This document shows positions 19,655 through 27,757 of a stretch of DNA of 35,599 bases, one piece after another. Location: the NCBI GenBank assembly GCA_031423535.1, contig JANPFS010001334.1, positions 1-35,599 on the forward strand, written 5' to 3'. The position numbers and the translations under genes were made by a program. How positions within the stretch are numbered: position 1 is the stretch's first letter; every line of letters begins with the position of its first letter. Origin of the DNA: Blastocatellia bacterium. Lineage in GTDB: Bacteria > Acidobacteriota > Blastocatellia > RBC074. The notes beneath the pieces were generated by a model. The model did no database searches. It was not told where the DNA came from and worked only from the letters and a program-made list of their open reading frames with translations.

Positions 19655-19940
19655 TAGGGCGAACGCATCACTTTTTTAGCACCTTTAACAAATAGGTTTC
19701 ATCCCAACCAGCCTTCTTACGTTTGCTTTTGATGCCCAACCGACAACTCTTTTCTTGCTTCAGGAGGTTCAATCCGAGGTGTCTGATGGCGGCTAAATTC
19801 TCGGCGGATTGTGCTTCTCTGATCTGACAATCATCTTCGCGAAAGCCAATGTCTAAACACCAGTGCAGTTCATTTTCCACGGCCCAATGTCCGCGCACCG
19901 CTTTTAAGGACTGCTCCGCATTAGCGCCTAAACTACTAAT
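19655..19940 (-). pseudogene. Second, different ISAs1 transposase: 3' remnant with right terminal repeat
   Basis: ISSLGANAEQSLKAVRGHWAVENELHWCLDIGFREDD...KRKKAGWDETYL; the stop is followed by TGCGTTCGCCCTA, an ISAs1-type end. Confidence 0.85.
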
Positions 19941-20075
19941 AACAATACCTTCGCCAATTTCTACTTTGACCTGAAAAATGGCAAATTTGAGTCCATATAT
20001 TGTATGCAGAAATTCTAAAACCGCGATATATAGTAGCCAAAATTGTCGCGTAGAATTTTGGCGAAGGTATTGTTA
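19940..20075. mobile_element. 136-bp MITE-like element
   Basis: 18-bp perfect IR TAACAATACCTTCGCCAA (19940-19957 / 20058-20075), extending imperfectly to ~25 bp; sits at the truncation point of the ISAs1 remnant. Confidence 0.75.
19990..20036. promoter_or_regulatory. Tandem NrdR-box-like motifs
   Basis: CCATATATTGTA (19993) and CGATATATAGTA (20024) resemble the CwAtATaTwGtg consensus and are 31 bp apart. Confidence 0.45.
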
Positions 20076-20151
20076 AAAATTAGTGCTTTGCCTCATGCCT
20101 CAACGTTTGATATGGTGACGATCATCAATAACATTCACAACATTCACCCCA

Positions 20152-20991
20152 ATGGAGTATCAAATGCAAAGTAAAGTAGAAAAAATTACGCCTAAGAAAG
20201 CGGAAGAATATCTTTCGCAGAATTTCTGTAATCGCCCGCTTTCCCCTCAGACGGTGAGTCGGTATGTTGCCCTGATTGAGTCGGGTGAGTTCCATCTCAC
20301 GCATCAGGGAGTGGCCTTTGATGCCGAAGGACGATTGCGCGACGGTCAACATCGCCTCAAAGCCGTTACGGTCGCCAATCAGCCTGTCCATCTCATGGTC
20401 ACGCGCGGTCTGCCTGAAAAAGCAGCTTTAGCCATTGATGATGGCAGAAAACGTACCGATGCCCAGGCGCTGAGTATGGCCCATGGCGTTCCGATTCGGG
20501 GCTTTGTCGCGGCCATTGCCAAGCAGATGTTTACCGGGGGCCTACATCTCGGCACGACGGCTAAGCCTGTCACGGCTGGTCGTTTGGAGCTGGTGGTATT
20601 CTATGGCGCACATGAGGCTGCCATTGCTGCTGTGGTGGAGGCTTTTCGAGACAATTCGGCGGGCGTTGGTGCCTCCTACATTCTAGCGGCTTTGGCTCGT
20701 GCGACCTACCATGTTCCAGCCAAAAAACTCCAACGGTTTGCCGAAGTGCTCGCCTCTGGCTATTACAAAGAAGAAGGCGACGAAGTCATCGTTACCTTAC
20801 GCAATCACATTTTGTTGAGGCGCAAAAACGAGAAGAAAAATCGTGAACTGCGCGATGAGCTATATGCAAAAACTGAACAAATACTGTGGGATTGGAGCCA
20901 GGGTAAAGGAAGTGGCCGCATGGTGAAGGCAAGAAGCGAACTGTTTCTTTTACCGACGGATCGGGTGTTAGGCGCGGTGGAAGAGGTATAA
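20152..20991 (+). CDS. ParB/Srx-like N-terminal domain protein
   Basis: NRPLS...GRLRDGQHRLKAV (GxxR motif), then IDDGRKRT; the helical C-terminus is unassigned. Confidence 0.7.
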   Translation: MEYQMQSKVEKITPKKAEEYLSQNFCNRPLSPQTVSRYVALIESGEFHLTHQGVAFDAEGRLRDGQHRLKAVTVANQPVHLMVTRGLPEKAALAIDDGRKRTDAQALSMAHGVPIRGFVAAIAKQMFTGGLHLGTTAKPVTAGRLELVVFYGAHEAAIAAVVEAFRDNSAGVGASYILAALARATYHVPAKKLQRFAEVLASGYYKEEGDEVIVTLRNHILLRRKNEKKNRELRDELYAKTEQILWDWSQGKGSGRMVKARSELFLLPTDRVLGAVEEV

Positions 20992-21145
20992 TGGCGGGGT
21001 TTGTGCGCTTAGCGTGATCTCCAAGGTCTACGACGACCACCATCTTACAGTGGCAATGCGGTTGCAGTGCGAGGCTGCCAGACCATTGCTCCGCATCCCT
21101 GTCGCGACAGTCCCTGCCGCAGGAAACAGTTGCCTTCCCAAAATA

Positions 21146-21197
21146 TTTCCTATATTCTCAACATTTCCTGGTTAAGAAATTTGATGAATTTAGGAAA
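21146..21197. promoter_or_regulatory. Imperfect 22-bp inverted repeat directly upstream of the AbiEi-like gene (probable autoregulatory operator)
   Basis: TTTCCTATATTCTCAACATTTC / GAAATTTGATGAATTTAGGAAA with an 8-bp spacer. Confidence 0.55.
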
Positions 21198-22304
21198 GTG
21201 ACGACAATGCAGATAACTGAGCAAATGGTTTTGGAGTTGGCTCGGACGGTGGTCTTCCCTCCTCTCACGCTGGTCTCCACTCCGCCGGATGTCGCAGCAA
21301 ACCCAAAGCTGGGAGCGCTGCGGCCGGATTTGATCGTGCAGGCAAAATGGCAAGGTAAGCAGCAGCTCTTTGCCGCCAAAGTGAAGGCGCAATCCGTACC
21401 GCAGGCGCTCCTGGCAGCGATCCAGCAAAGCCGAACGCAAGCCGCCGCCTTGAATGCGCGGCGTGCGTCTCAGTCACCAGCCTATCAGCCTTTGGTGATC
21501 GTGCCATATCTGAAGCCGGAAACCTTAGATCGGCTGGCAGCGGAGCAGGTAAGTGGCTTCGATCTGGTCGGCAATGGCGTGATCGTGGTCCCAGGGGAAT
21601 GGCTCATCTACCGGACGGGCGGCGTCAACCATTATCCGACCAGTACTCCCATTCGCAATGTCTTTCGAGGGACGAGTTCGTTGGTACCTAGAGTGTTTCT
21701 CTTACGGCCTACTTTTTCGTCTGTCAAAGAGGTTCTGGATGAGATCACTGCACGAGATGGACAAATTACGCTGCCGACCGTTTCCAAGGTTCTCAAGACC
21801 CTGCAAGAAGAATTGATCGTCGGGCGTAACGAAGGAATCCGTCTGTTGGATGCGAGGCGACTACTGGAACTGTTGGCGACCAATTATCGTGCGCCCCAGA
21901 TTCGCTGCCGCTGGCGTGGAAAATTGTGTGACCCCCAGGAAGGTCTCACGAAAATGTTTCGACGGGCAAATGAAACTCCCACACGAACCGTCATTGAGGA
22001 TCCTACCCGGTATACGATCCTGCCCAGCGCAGGACAGGCCTTAACTATCTGGACAGAATCAATCGAGCAGTTATTACAGGGAGTCGATGGTACGGAAACG
22101 GCTCGTTTCCCAACCATTGAGTTGTGCGAATCTGACGACCCGACTCTCTATTTTGATAGTCGCCGAGAGGGTCATATCGCCTGGTCTTCGCCTTTACAGG
22201 TCTGGCTTGCATTGCAGGCTGGGGGGAAACGGGAACAAGAGGCCGCAAGTGAGTTGGCGAAAGATCTAATTCATTCCAGAGTTGGTGCGCTGGCAAAGAT
22301 ATGA
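21198..22304 (+). CDS. Type IV TA antitoxin, AbiEi-like (restriction-endonuclease-like N-terminus + wHTH + AbiEi-type C-terminus)
   Basis: RPDLIV...FAAKVK, VPYL, DLVGN, HTH LPTVSKVLKTLQEE, C-terminal SPLQVWLALQAGGKREQEAA; ATGA-coupled to a nucleotidyltransferase. Confidence 0.65.
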   Translation: MTTMQITEQMVLELARTVVFPPLTLVSTPPDVAANPKLGALRPDLIVQAKWQGKQQLFAAKVKAQSVPQALLAAIQQSRTQAAALNARRASQSPAYQPLVIVPYLKPETLDRLAAEQVSGFDLVGNGVIVVPGEWLIYRTGGVNHYPTSTPIRNVFRGTSSLVPRVFLLRPTFSSVKEVLDEITARDGQITLPTVSKVLKTLQEELIVGRNEGIRLLDARRLLELLATNYRAPQIRCRWRGKLCDPQEGLTKMFRRANETPTRTVIEDPTRYTILPSAGQALTIWTESIEQLLQGVDGTETARFPTIELCESDDPTLYFDSRREGHIAWSSPLQVWLALQAGGKREQEAASELAKDLIHSRVGALAKI

Positions 22305-23161
22305 TTGACCCACTGAGAACCGAATTGTGTTCACTTGCACAGGCTTTGCATCCGCACCAGATCCGGTTGATTGTCGGAGGTGGATATGGCCTGTTGCTGC
22401 GGACAGAACAGCTACGAAAGTTGGGACTACAGACTCGGTTTGCCAATCCTCCCGGTGCCCGCTCGACGAGTGATCTGGATCTATTTCTCAGCACCGAGGT
22501 GATCAGCGATGCCACCAAAGTAATAAAGTTGCGAGATGCCTTGCAGGGGCTAGGCTATGCTCCGATTGAGACTGCTAAATTTTACCAGTTTGTGAAACCT
22601 GTTCCGTATGCAGGGTTCCTACGGGGCGTAAAAATTGATCTGTTGGCTGCCCCGGTGCCAGATCATCTGCAAGGGCAAGTGAAGATGGATGAGCGCCGCA
22701 TCCGCCCGCGCGGGAGCAGTCGGTTGCATGCCCACACCACCCCCGAAGCACTGACCATTGAGGAACACCTGCTGACGATTGATTTGGGGCCGCTCGACAG
22801 TCCAATCCTGTTATATCTTCCGCATCCTTATTCCTACTTATTGCTAAAACTCTTTGCGTTCCGCGATCAGATTGAGGTATCGGAAAAAAAGTATGGCGCG
22901 CATCATGCCTTCGATATCTATCGCATCATCGCCTTCATGACGGCGGAAGAATGGCAAACTGCGAGTGTTTTGCGCGAGCGAAATCGTCAAATTGGCCTCG
23001 TGAAAGAGGCTGGTGGGATCGTCGGGAAACTATTTGCCACAGTAGAGTCTCCTGGGGTGCTTCGACTGCGCGCTCACGCCCGGAGCATAGGTGAAATCTT
23101 GCCGTTGGAAAATTTGCGTGATCTCATCGGTGATTTGCGTGAACTGTTCCCTTCGGCTTAG
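22301..23161 (+). CDS. AbiEii-like nucleotidyltransferase toxin
   Basis: LIVGGGYG, RSTSDLDL, KIDLL, LLKLFAF, AFDIY: the motif series of Pol-beta-fold type IV toxins. Confidence 0.7.
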   Translation: MIDPLRTELCSLAQALHPHQIRLIVGGGYGLLLRTEQLRKLGLQTRFANPPGARSTSDLDLFLSTEVISDATKVIKLRDALQGLGYAPIETAKFYQFVKPVPYAGFLRGVKIDLLAAPVPDHLQGQVKMDERRIRPRGSSRLHAHTTPEALTIEEHLLTIDLGPLDSPILLYLPHPYSYLLLKLFAFRDQIEVSEKKYGAHHAFDIYRIIAFMTAEEWQTASVLRERNRQIGLVKEAGGIVGKLFATVESPGVLRLRAHARSIGEILPLENLRDLIGDLRELFPSA

Positions 23162-23346
23162 CGCAAACCATCGCGGACTGGGCGGATTGTCAAAGCGAAA
23201 ACGGAATTGTTTTCTTTGCTGATGGATGTCGTGTTAGGTGAGTTGGAAGAGGTGTGATGGTGGGGTTTGGCTGAGCGCTGACAGGTTAGTTCCGCCAAAG
23301 ATTTCCTGCATTGGCGTGGTTTCTGACACAAGAAATACACCGAATT

Positions 23347-24094
23347 CAGGAACTGTCGCGACAGGAAATCTCGCGTGAACTTTTCGCGGTCAAGGGGCAA
23401 AGCAGATCAGCCTTGCTTTCCCTGCTCTGCCATCATTGCTAAGTATTCGTCGTACATGGGATCGCGTTCTGGTTCCGGTGGTGGTTTTGCATTATCAGAC
23501 GCGGGCAGTATCTCGCGCAGGAACTTCGGGGTTAGCTCCAGTGAGAACTGATGCTCCTGCACCCACACGATGATCCGCAGTACGTTCTTGGCCCGGACCT
23601 CCAGACGGCATTCATCCACGTCCATCCGGTCATTCGATTTACTTTTGGCCTCAAATGGTTTGATGGGAGCCGATCGGTAGAGCGGGTTCGCTCGAATCCC
23701 ATCAATTTCAATCGGACTCTTGAAAACGTCATCAAAAAATCCTTCATCCATCACTATCAGTCCTTCTAACGGCACCAAGGGCGATTCCTCAAACTCCGGG
23801 TAAAATGTCGTTCCGGCATAATCTGGCCGGTTTACCAGTTCCCCGCCCTGCACGGATTCTGTCAAGGCCGCCCATTCCTGGGCCAACTCCGGGGTCAGTT
23901 CCAATACGCCCCAACGATCAGGCGGCAACATCTCCACCGGCTCGTAATGTGATAATCTGAATAATAATCTCAAGTCTTTCGTTTCCTTTCAATTTGTTCG
24001 TTCCTTGTTCTTGATTGCATCTTTCGTACCAAAGCCGCTACTGACTGTGAAAATCCCCAAAAATTCTGCTTAATTCCTGTCGCGACAGTTCCTG
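23347..24094. repeat. Perfect 21-bp inverted repeat pair bracketing one gene
   Basis: CAGGAACTGTCGCGACAGGAA (23347-23367) and TTCCTGTCGCGACAGTTCCTG (24074-24094); variants at 21096-21116 and 33138-33156. Confidence 0.85.
23407..23973 (-). CDS. Hypothetical acidic protein
   Basis: 188-aa ORF, TTG start with AAAGGA upstream; no recognised motif. Confidence 0.65.
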   Translation of the reverse strand: MRLLFRLSHYEPVEMLPPDRWGVLELTPELAQEWAALTESVQGGELVNRPDYAGTTFYPEFEESPLVPLEGLIVMDEGFFDDVFKSPIEIDGIRANPLYRSAPIKPFEAKSKSNDRMDVDECRLEVRAKNVLRIIVWVQEHQFSLELTPKFLREILPASDNAKPPPEPERDPMYDEYLAMMAEQGKQG

Positions 24095-24253
24095 CCATTA
24101 TCTGTGCTTGCAACGGTTCTTTTAGGTTATTGGGCAGCATCGTCACGCGGTCTTTCGCGTCTTTGCCTGGGCGGATGGTGATGATGTTGCGCTCGAAATC
24201 AAGGTCTTTGATCCGCAGCCGCAAGCACTCCATCAGCCGCAGCCCGGCGCATA
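24095..24253 (-). pseudogene. Integron integrase (IntI-like) internal fragment
   Basis: [39 protein letters not shown] matches IntI box I. Truncated at both ends, and the 3' break abuts the 21-bp repeat. Confidence 0.8.
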
Positions 24254-24349
24254 TTTTCGCTTATTTGTTGGGACAGGCAGAGCGGTTGTTATGGCACAGT
24301 GGCAGTTAGCGAGCGAACGAACAACCGGAAGAGAAATGGCCGCTTTTTC

Positions 24350-24925
24350 TCAATCTTCGTATTCCGAATAATGCGGGAAAAGCTCGTAAAAGCGCAAAAT
24401 AAACCGCGCATACGCCACTTCCGACGGCAGGAATTGCAGTCTCTCCCGATACTCATGCATCTCTCGCTCATACCCATCCGTCGAACGAAATTGCCAGTCA
24501 GAATGTAGGCAATTGAATGCCAATGGTGCCTCCACCTGAACCGCAAGCTTGTCCAATATGCTCACCATATCGGGGAACGGCCAAGCCAGTCCTAAACCGA
24601 GTGCAATTGTTTTCACCACCTCATCTTCAGCATCCCGAATCCCCTTGAACTCCGGCGCGGCTTTTACTGGCCCCGGAATGTCGCCGAAAAGCACTTCACC
24701 CATATCGTGAATATGTGCGTACGGCGCCATCTCAGGTGGGACAATGAAACTCAACAGAAGGGAATGCTCGGCGGTACTAATGTCGCGTGTGGTGAGGCCG
24801 CAGTACCGTTTTTTCTTGCTCATGCTGAGCGCGAAGGCTTCGAGGTTGAATTGCTCGAAGGTGAAGGCGAACGGGTAGACTTTTTGTCCCTTGTTGCTGT
24901 TCAGCCAAATGTTTTGTTTTGTCAT
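24350..24925 (-). CDS. HD-domain phosphohydrolase (YfdR/5'-deoxynucleotidase-like)
   Basis: RYCG, STAEHS, HDMGE, GDIPGPVK, DKLAVQVE. Confidence 0.8.
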   Translation of the reverse strand: MTKQNIWLNSNKGQKVYPFAFTFEQFNLEAFALSMSKKKRYCGLTTRDISTAEHSLLLSFIVPPEMAPYAHIHDMGEVLFGDIPGPVKAAPEFKGIRDAEDEVVKTIALGLGLAWPFPDMVSILDKLAVQVEAPLAFNCLHSDWQFRSTDGYEREMHEYRERLQFLPSEVAYARFILRFYELFPHYSEYED

Positions 24926-24997
24926 ATTTTGCCGTTAATGTCGCACGCCATTGAGGCTTCCAGGCACGCATAGCATGCATTTCCCGATAAGAATCGT

Positions 24998-25684
24998 TCA
25001 CGTAACCATTCGGACGGTCAAGCTGATCCGTCCGCCTTGCTTGAGTAATTGATTATTGGCTGGTATGAGCTTGTTGACCGCGTGCCAGGCCATTCGAGAG
25101 GCCCCATGCAAAATGCACACATCGCCCGAATCCAGCCTCACATTGAAGCCGCCTGACTCCGACGTCGTTGACCCCACGCGGAAAATGCACGAATCGCCCA
25201 GCGAATACGCGATGATCGCGTTCTTTTGGTTTTCTTCTGTTTTGTCTTGGTGCATCCCCAGCTTGCCGTTGGGGAAGGAATAGTAATTGATCAGGCAGGA
25301 CTCCGGCTGGTAGTCGCGTTCGCGCAGATCGTGGGCTATCGCGAGTGAGTCATCGGAAAGCGTTTTGGGCATGGCCGGCCAGGGTTGCCCGGTCACTGGA
25401 TGAATTTTTTGGTAACGGTAGCCGTTTGGATTGCCAACGACATCCGTTCCCACATGCGGATGCTCCCCTGCGACCCAGCCCCACACGCCGCAATTTGTAA
25501 GCTGCTGCGTGAAGTCCTGGCCGCCTTGCATTTTGGGTGTGAACAAAGGTGCGGCCTTCACGACTTGCCGGATGGCTGCCAGCATCGCCTCTTGCTGCCC
25601 CAACGACCAGTGATGACGCAGCACAGTAATCCCGTCTCTCGGTCTTTCGATGTATGGCTCGTTGGCGAATAAAGTAAGTAACAT
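24998..25684 (-). CDS. alkB: AlkB-family 2OG-Fe(II) dioxygenase
   Basis: TNCGVWGW, GYRY, GQPWPAMP, CLINYY, HQD, SLGD, LDSGDV, WH, RISLTVR. Start at ATG 25684 after AGGAAG. Confidence 0.92.
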   Translation of the reverse strand: MLLTLFANEPYIERPRDGITVLRHHWSLGQQEAMLAAIRQVVKAAPLFTPKMQGGQDFTQQLTNCGVWGWVAGEHPHVGTDVVGNPNGYRYQKIHPVTGQPWPAMPKTLSDDSLAIAHDLRERDYQPESCLINYYSFPNGKLGMHQDKTEENQKNAIIAYSLGDSCIFRVGSTTSESGGFNVRLDSGDVCILHGASRMAWHAVNKLIPANNQLLKQGGRISLTVRMVT

Positions 25685-25793
25685 AAGACTTCCTACACTT
25701 GCACGATTTGTGCCAAGGTTGGTTTGTTTTGATATTCCCAACAATTGGCGAGTTGCTGGCACTCAGAGAGGCTAATTCGCCAACGATGTCGAG

Positions 25794-26252
25794 TTAGCCA
25801 CACAAAGCCGATTCTCGTAGGCTGCCTGGTTTCGGCCCCATCTTTCTGGTGCGCCTGATCTGGGCGCGATACTCGGCCATATGGCGGTTGACGGATTCTA
25901 TGTACAGGTCGTACGTGGGATCGCCTTTGTACTGGACTGCCCACTGTAGATCGGCTTCGAGTTTTGTGATTTTGGCCTCCAATTCAGCGACTTTTGCTGT
26001 GACGGATTCGGCAGTGGGAATCACACGTACCAAGCATAGGCACGTGCCGTTGTTGTAGTCCATCACTGAGGGAATGCCAGCGGGCAGATCAGGGTTTGCT
26101 CCGCCGGAAATGCCTTTGTAATCGGAGTGCGTGTCTTCCCAATCAACTAGGCTGATCGCGGGAACGGTGACATTGTTGGCTTGTTCGTAGGCGACGATCG
26201 CATTGGGATCGCCTACTACGCTTGACTCGTTTGAAGCGAAGTAGTTCTTCAT
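25794..26252 (-). CDS. Hypothetical protein with coiled-coil segment
   Basis: 152-aa ATG ORF co-oriented with its neighbours; VAELEAKITKLEADL heptads. Confidence 0.6.
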   Translation of the reverse strand: MKNYFASNESSVVGDPNAIVAYEQANNVTVPAISLVDWEDTHSDYKGISGGANPDLPAGIPSVMDYNNGTCLCLVRVIPTAESVTAKVAELEAKITKLEADLQWAVQYKGDPTYDLYIESVNRHMAEYRAQIRRTRKMGPKPGSLRESALCG

Positions 26253-26299
26253 GTTTTAGTTTTTTTTGGTGGTGAGAGAAGAAAGCTGGCTGCTGGCTG

Positions 26300-26644
26300 T
26301 TAGTTTTTGATACTGCCAAAGAAACGTGCCAGCTCGAATTCTCGCGCACCCTGGCACTCGACTTTGGCTACCTGGATTTGAGCCAGAATCGTGTCGATGT
26401 CAGTCGTTGCGATGTCTTCTTTGACGCTCGCGACGACTTTTTCGGCGGTTGCTCCCGTACCGACAATGGCACCAGATTGCTCCTCCGCCAAATGAAAGAG
26501 ATCCGGCTTGATCGGGTTTTTCACCAAAATGCCAAAGATACCTTTGCCCAGGGCGATCCGGGCATATTCTTCGATGTTGGTTTTGATCGGTTCTGGCTTC
26601 TTGCCAAAGGTGAGCGCGTTTTGTGAGAACGTGTAGATGTACAT
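26300..26644 (-). CDS. Hypothetical protein
   Basis: 114-aa ATG ORF tightly packed in the minus-strand run. Confidence 0.6.
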   Translation of the reverse strand: MYIYTFSQNALTFGKKPEPIKTNIEEYARIALGKGIFGILVKNPIKPDLFHLAEEQSGAIVGTGATAEKVVASVKEDIATTDIDTILAQIQVAKVECQGAREFELARFFGSIKN

Positions 26645-26662
26645 ATTGGTAGTGCTGATGCG

Positions 26663-27757
26663 CTAGATTAGTTTGAGCATGACCGCTGGGCTGAGCGAGA
26701 CGTCGGCATAGATTCTGTGCGATTCGATGTTTTGCAGGCGAGGCCGCGACCAATTAACGGGCGGCAAGATTTGTACTTCGACTTCACGCGGCGCGCCGTG
26801 TTTTAGTCGCTCGATCGCTTCGGTCAGTCGAATGTCCCAGTTTTCGTTCAGCAAGGTTTGGATGGAGATGTCGGGCGCAAGCTCAATGAATTCGTGCCCG
26901 ACTGGAAAGGGTAGATAGCAACTGTTCCAGCCGCGACTGTTCCCATCGCGATGGTTCCGGCGTTGTGCGCGCGGCTCTCCCCGCAACTCGCCATTTGGAT
27001 CAATGATCCATTCGCCCGACTGGTCGGTTAGGACAACCCAAGTGTGGGCTTCCTTGATCGGTTCCTCGCCTTGGGAAGATAGCGCGATTTCCCCGGTTGT
27101 CCGGTTGTAACTTTGCGCGTTGGGATGCAGGTACGTGCCTTGGATGATTGCGCGATTGATCTGGTATTCATCCGCCAAATGCGCAAGCACCACGGCTCCC
27201 ACATCGCAGGGCCAGGAGCCATCGCCGTACAGGTTTTTACCGAGTTGGGTGAATATCGAAACGATTCCTGCGATGTTTGTCGAGACCGGATCAGCGGCAA
27301 ACGTATACAAATTGCTTTGCGCCAACAAATCGGTGAATAGCTTGCGTTTGCTTTGCGGTGATGTGATTCCAAAGATGTCCAAAACCGTCTCATCATAGTC
27401 TGCAAAGTTGCATTCTTCGCGCAACTCCTCCGTCCATCGGTCAATCATCTCACCGCCTGTCGAGACACCGTCCCCGTCAATGAAGATCACTCGCAGTATT
27501 GTTTTATCAGTTGCGCAGATCATTACGTGTTGCGGTATCCCGCGCGCATTCATCATTCGCAACTCGAATTCGGTTTGTGGAAACGCCTGCTGCAACGGCT
27601 TGAGCAAGCATTCTGCCAGCAGTCGGCAGCCGCCCGCTTGCCAGTCGCACAAAACGCCTTCTTCCCTCGCCCCGCCGAGCACGCGGAATACGTTGTCCGT
27701 CCGTAACCAGGCTGCGAGTTCCCTGCCCCATGCTGCTGTGATTTGTTGGTTTACCAT
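26663..27757 (-). CDS. Hypothetical protein with two transglutaminase/papain-like Cys-His-Asp modules
   Basis: GGCRLLAECL...QHVM...FIDGDG and PCDVGAVVL...AHTWV...WIIDPN. Confidence 0.55.
   Translation of the reverse strand: MVNQQITAAWGRELAAWLRTDNVFRVLGGAREEGVLCDWQAGGCRLLAECLLKPLQQAFPQTEFELRMMNARGIPQHVMICATDKTILRVIFIDGDGVSTGGEMIDRWTEELREECNFADYDETVLDIFGITSPQSKRKLFTDLLAQSNLYTFAADPVSTNIAGIVSIFTQLGKNLYGDGSWPCDVGAVVLAHLADEYQINRAIIQGTYLHPNAQSYNRTTGEIALSSQGEEPIKEAHTWVVLTDQSGEWIIDPNGELRGEPRAQRRNHRDGNSRGWNSCYLPFPVGHEFIELAPDISIQTLLNENWDIRLTEAIERLKHGAPREVEVQILPPVNWSRPRLQNIESHRIYADVSLSPAVMLKLI

Noticed and set aside
23970-24233. 87-aa ORF as a real gene
   Set aside because: It is a chimera of the IntI fragment and read-through across the 21-bp repeat.
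23160-24350. Functional integron with attC cassettes
   Set aside because: The integrase is only ~50 codons. GTTAGGT near 23234 and CCATAAC near 24284 lack complementary partner boxes, so no complete attC could be built.
24350-24925. Z-base (diaminopurine) biosynthesis cluster
   Set aside because: No PurZ, MazZ or polymerase gene is in the window; an HD domain alone is insufficient.
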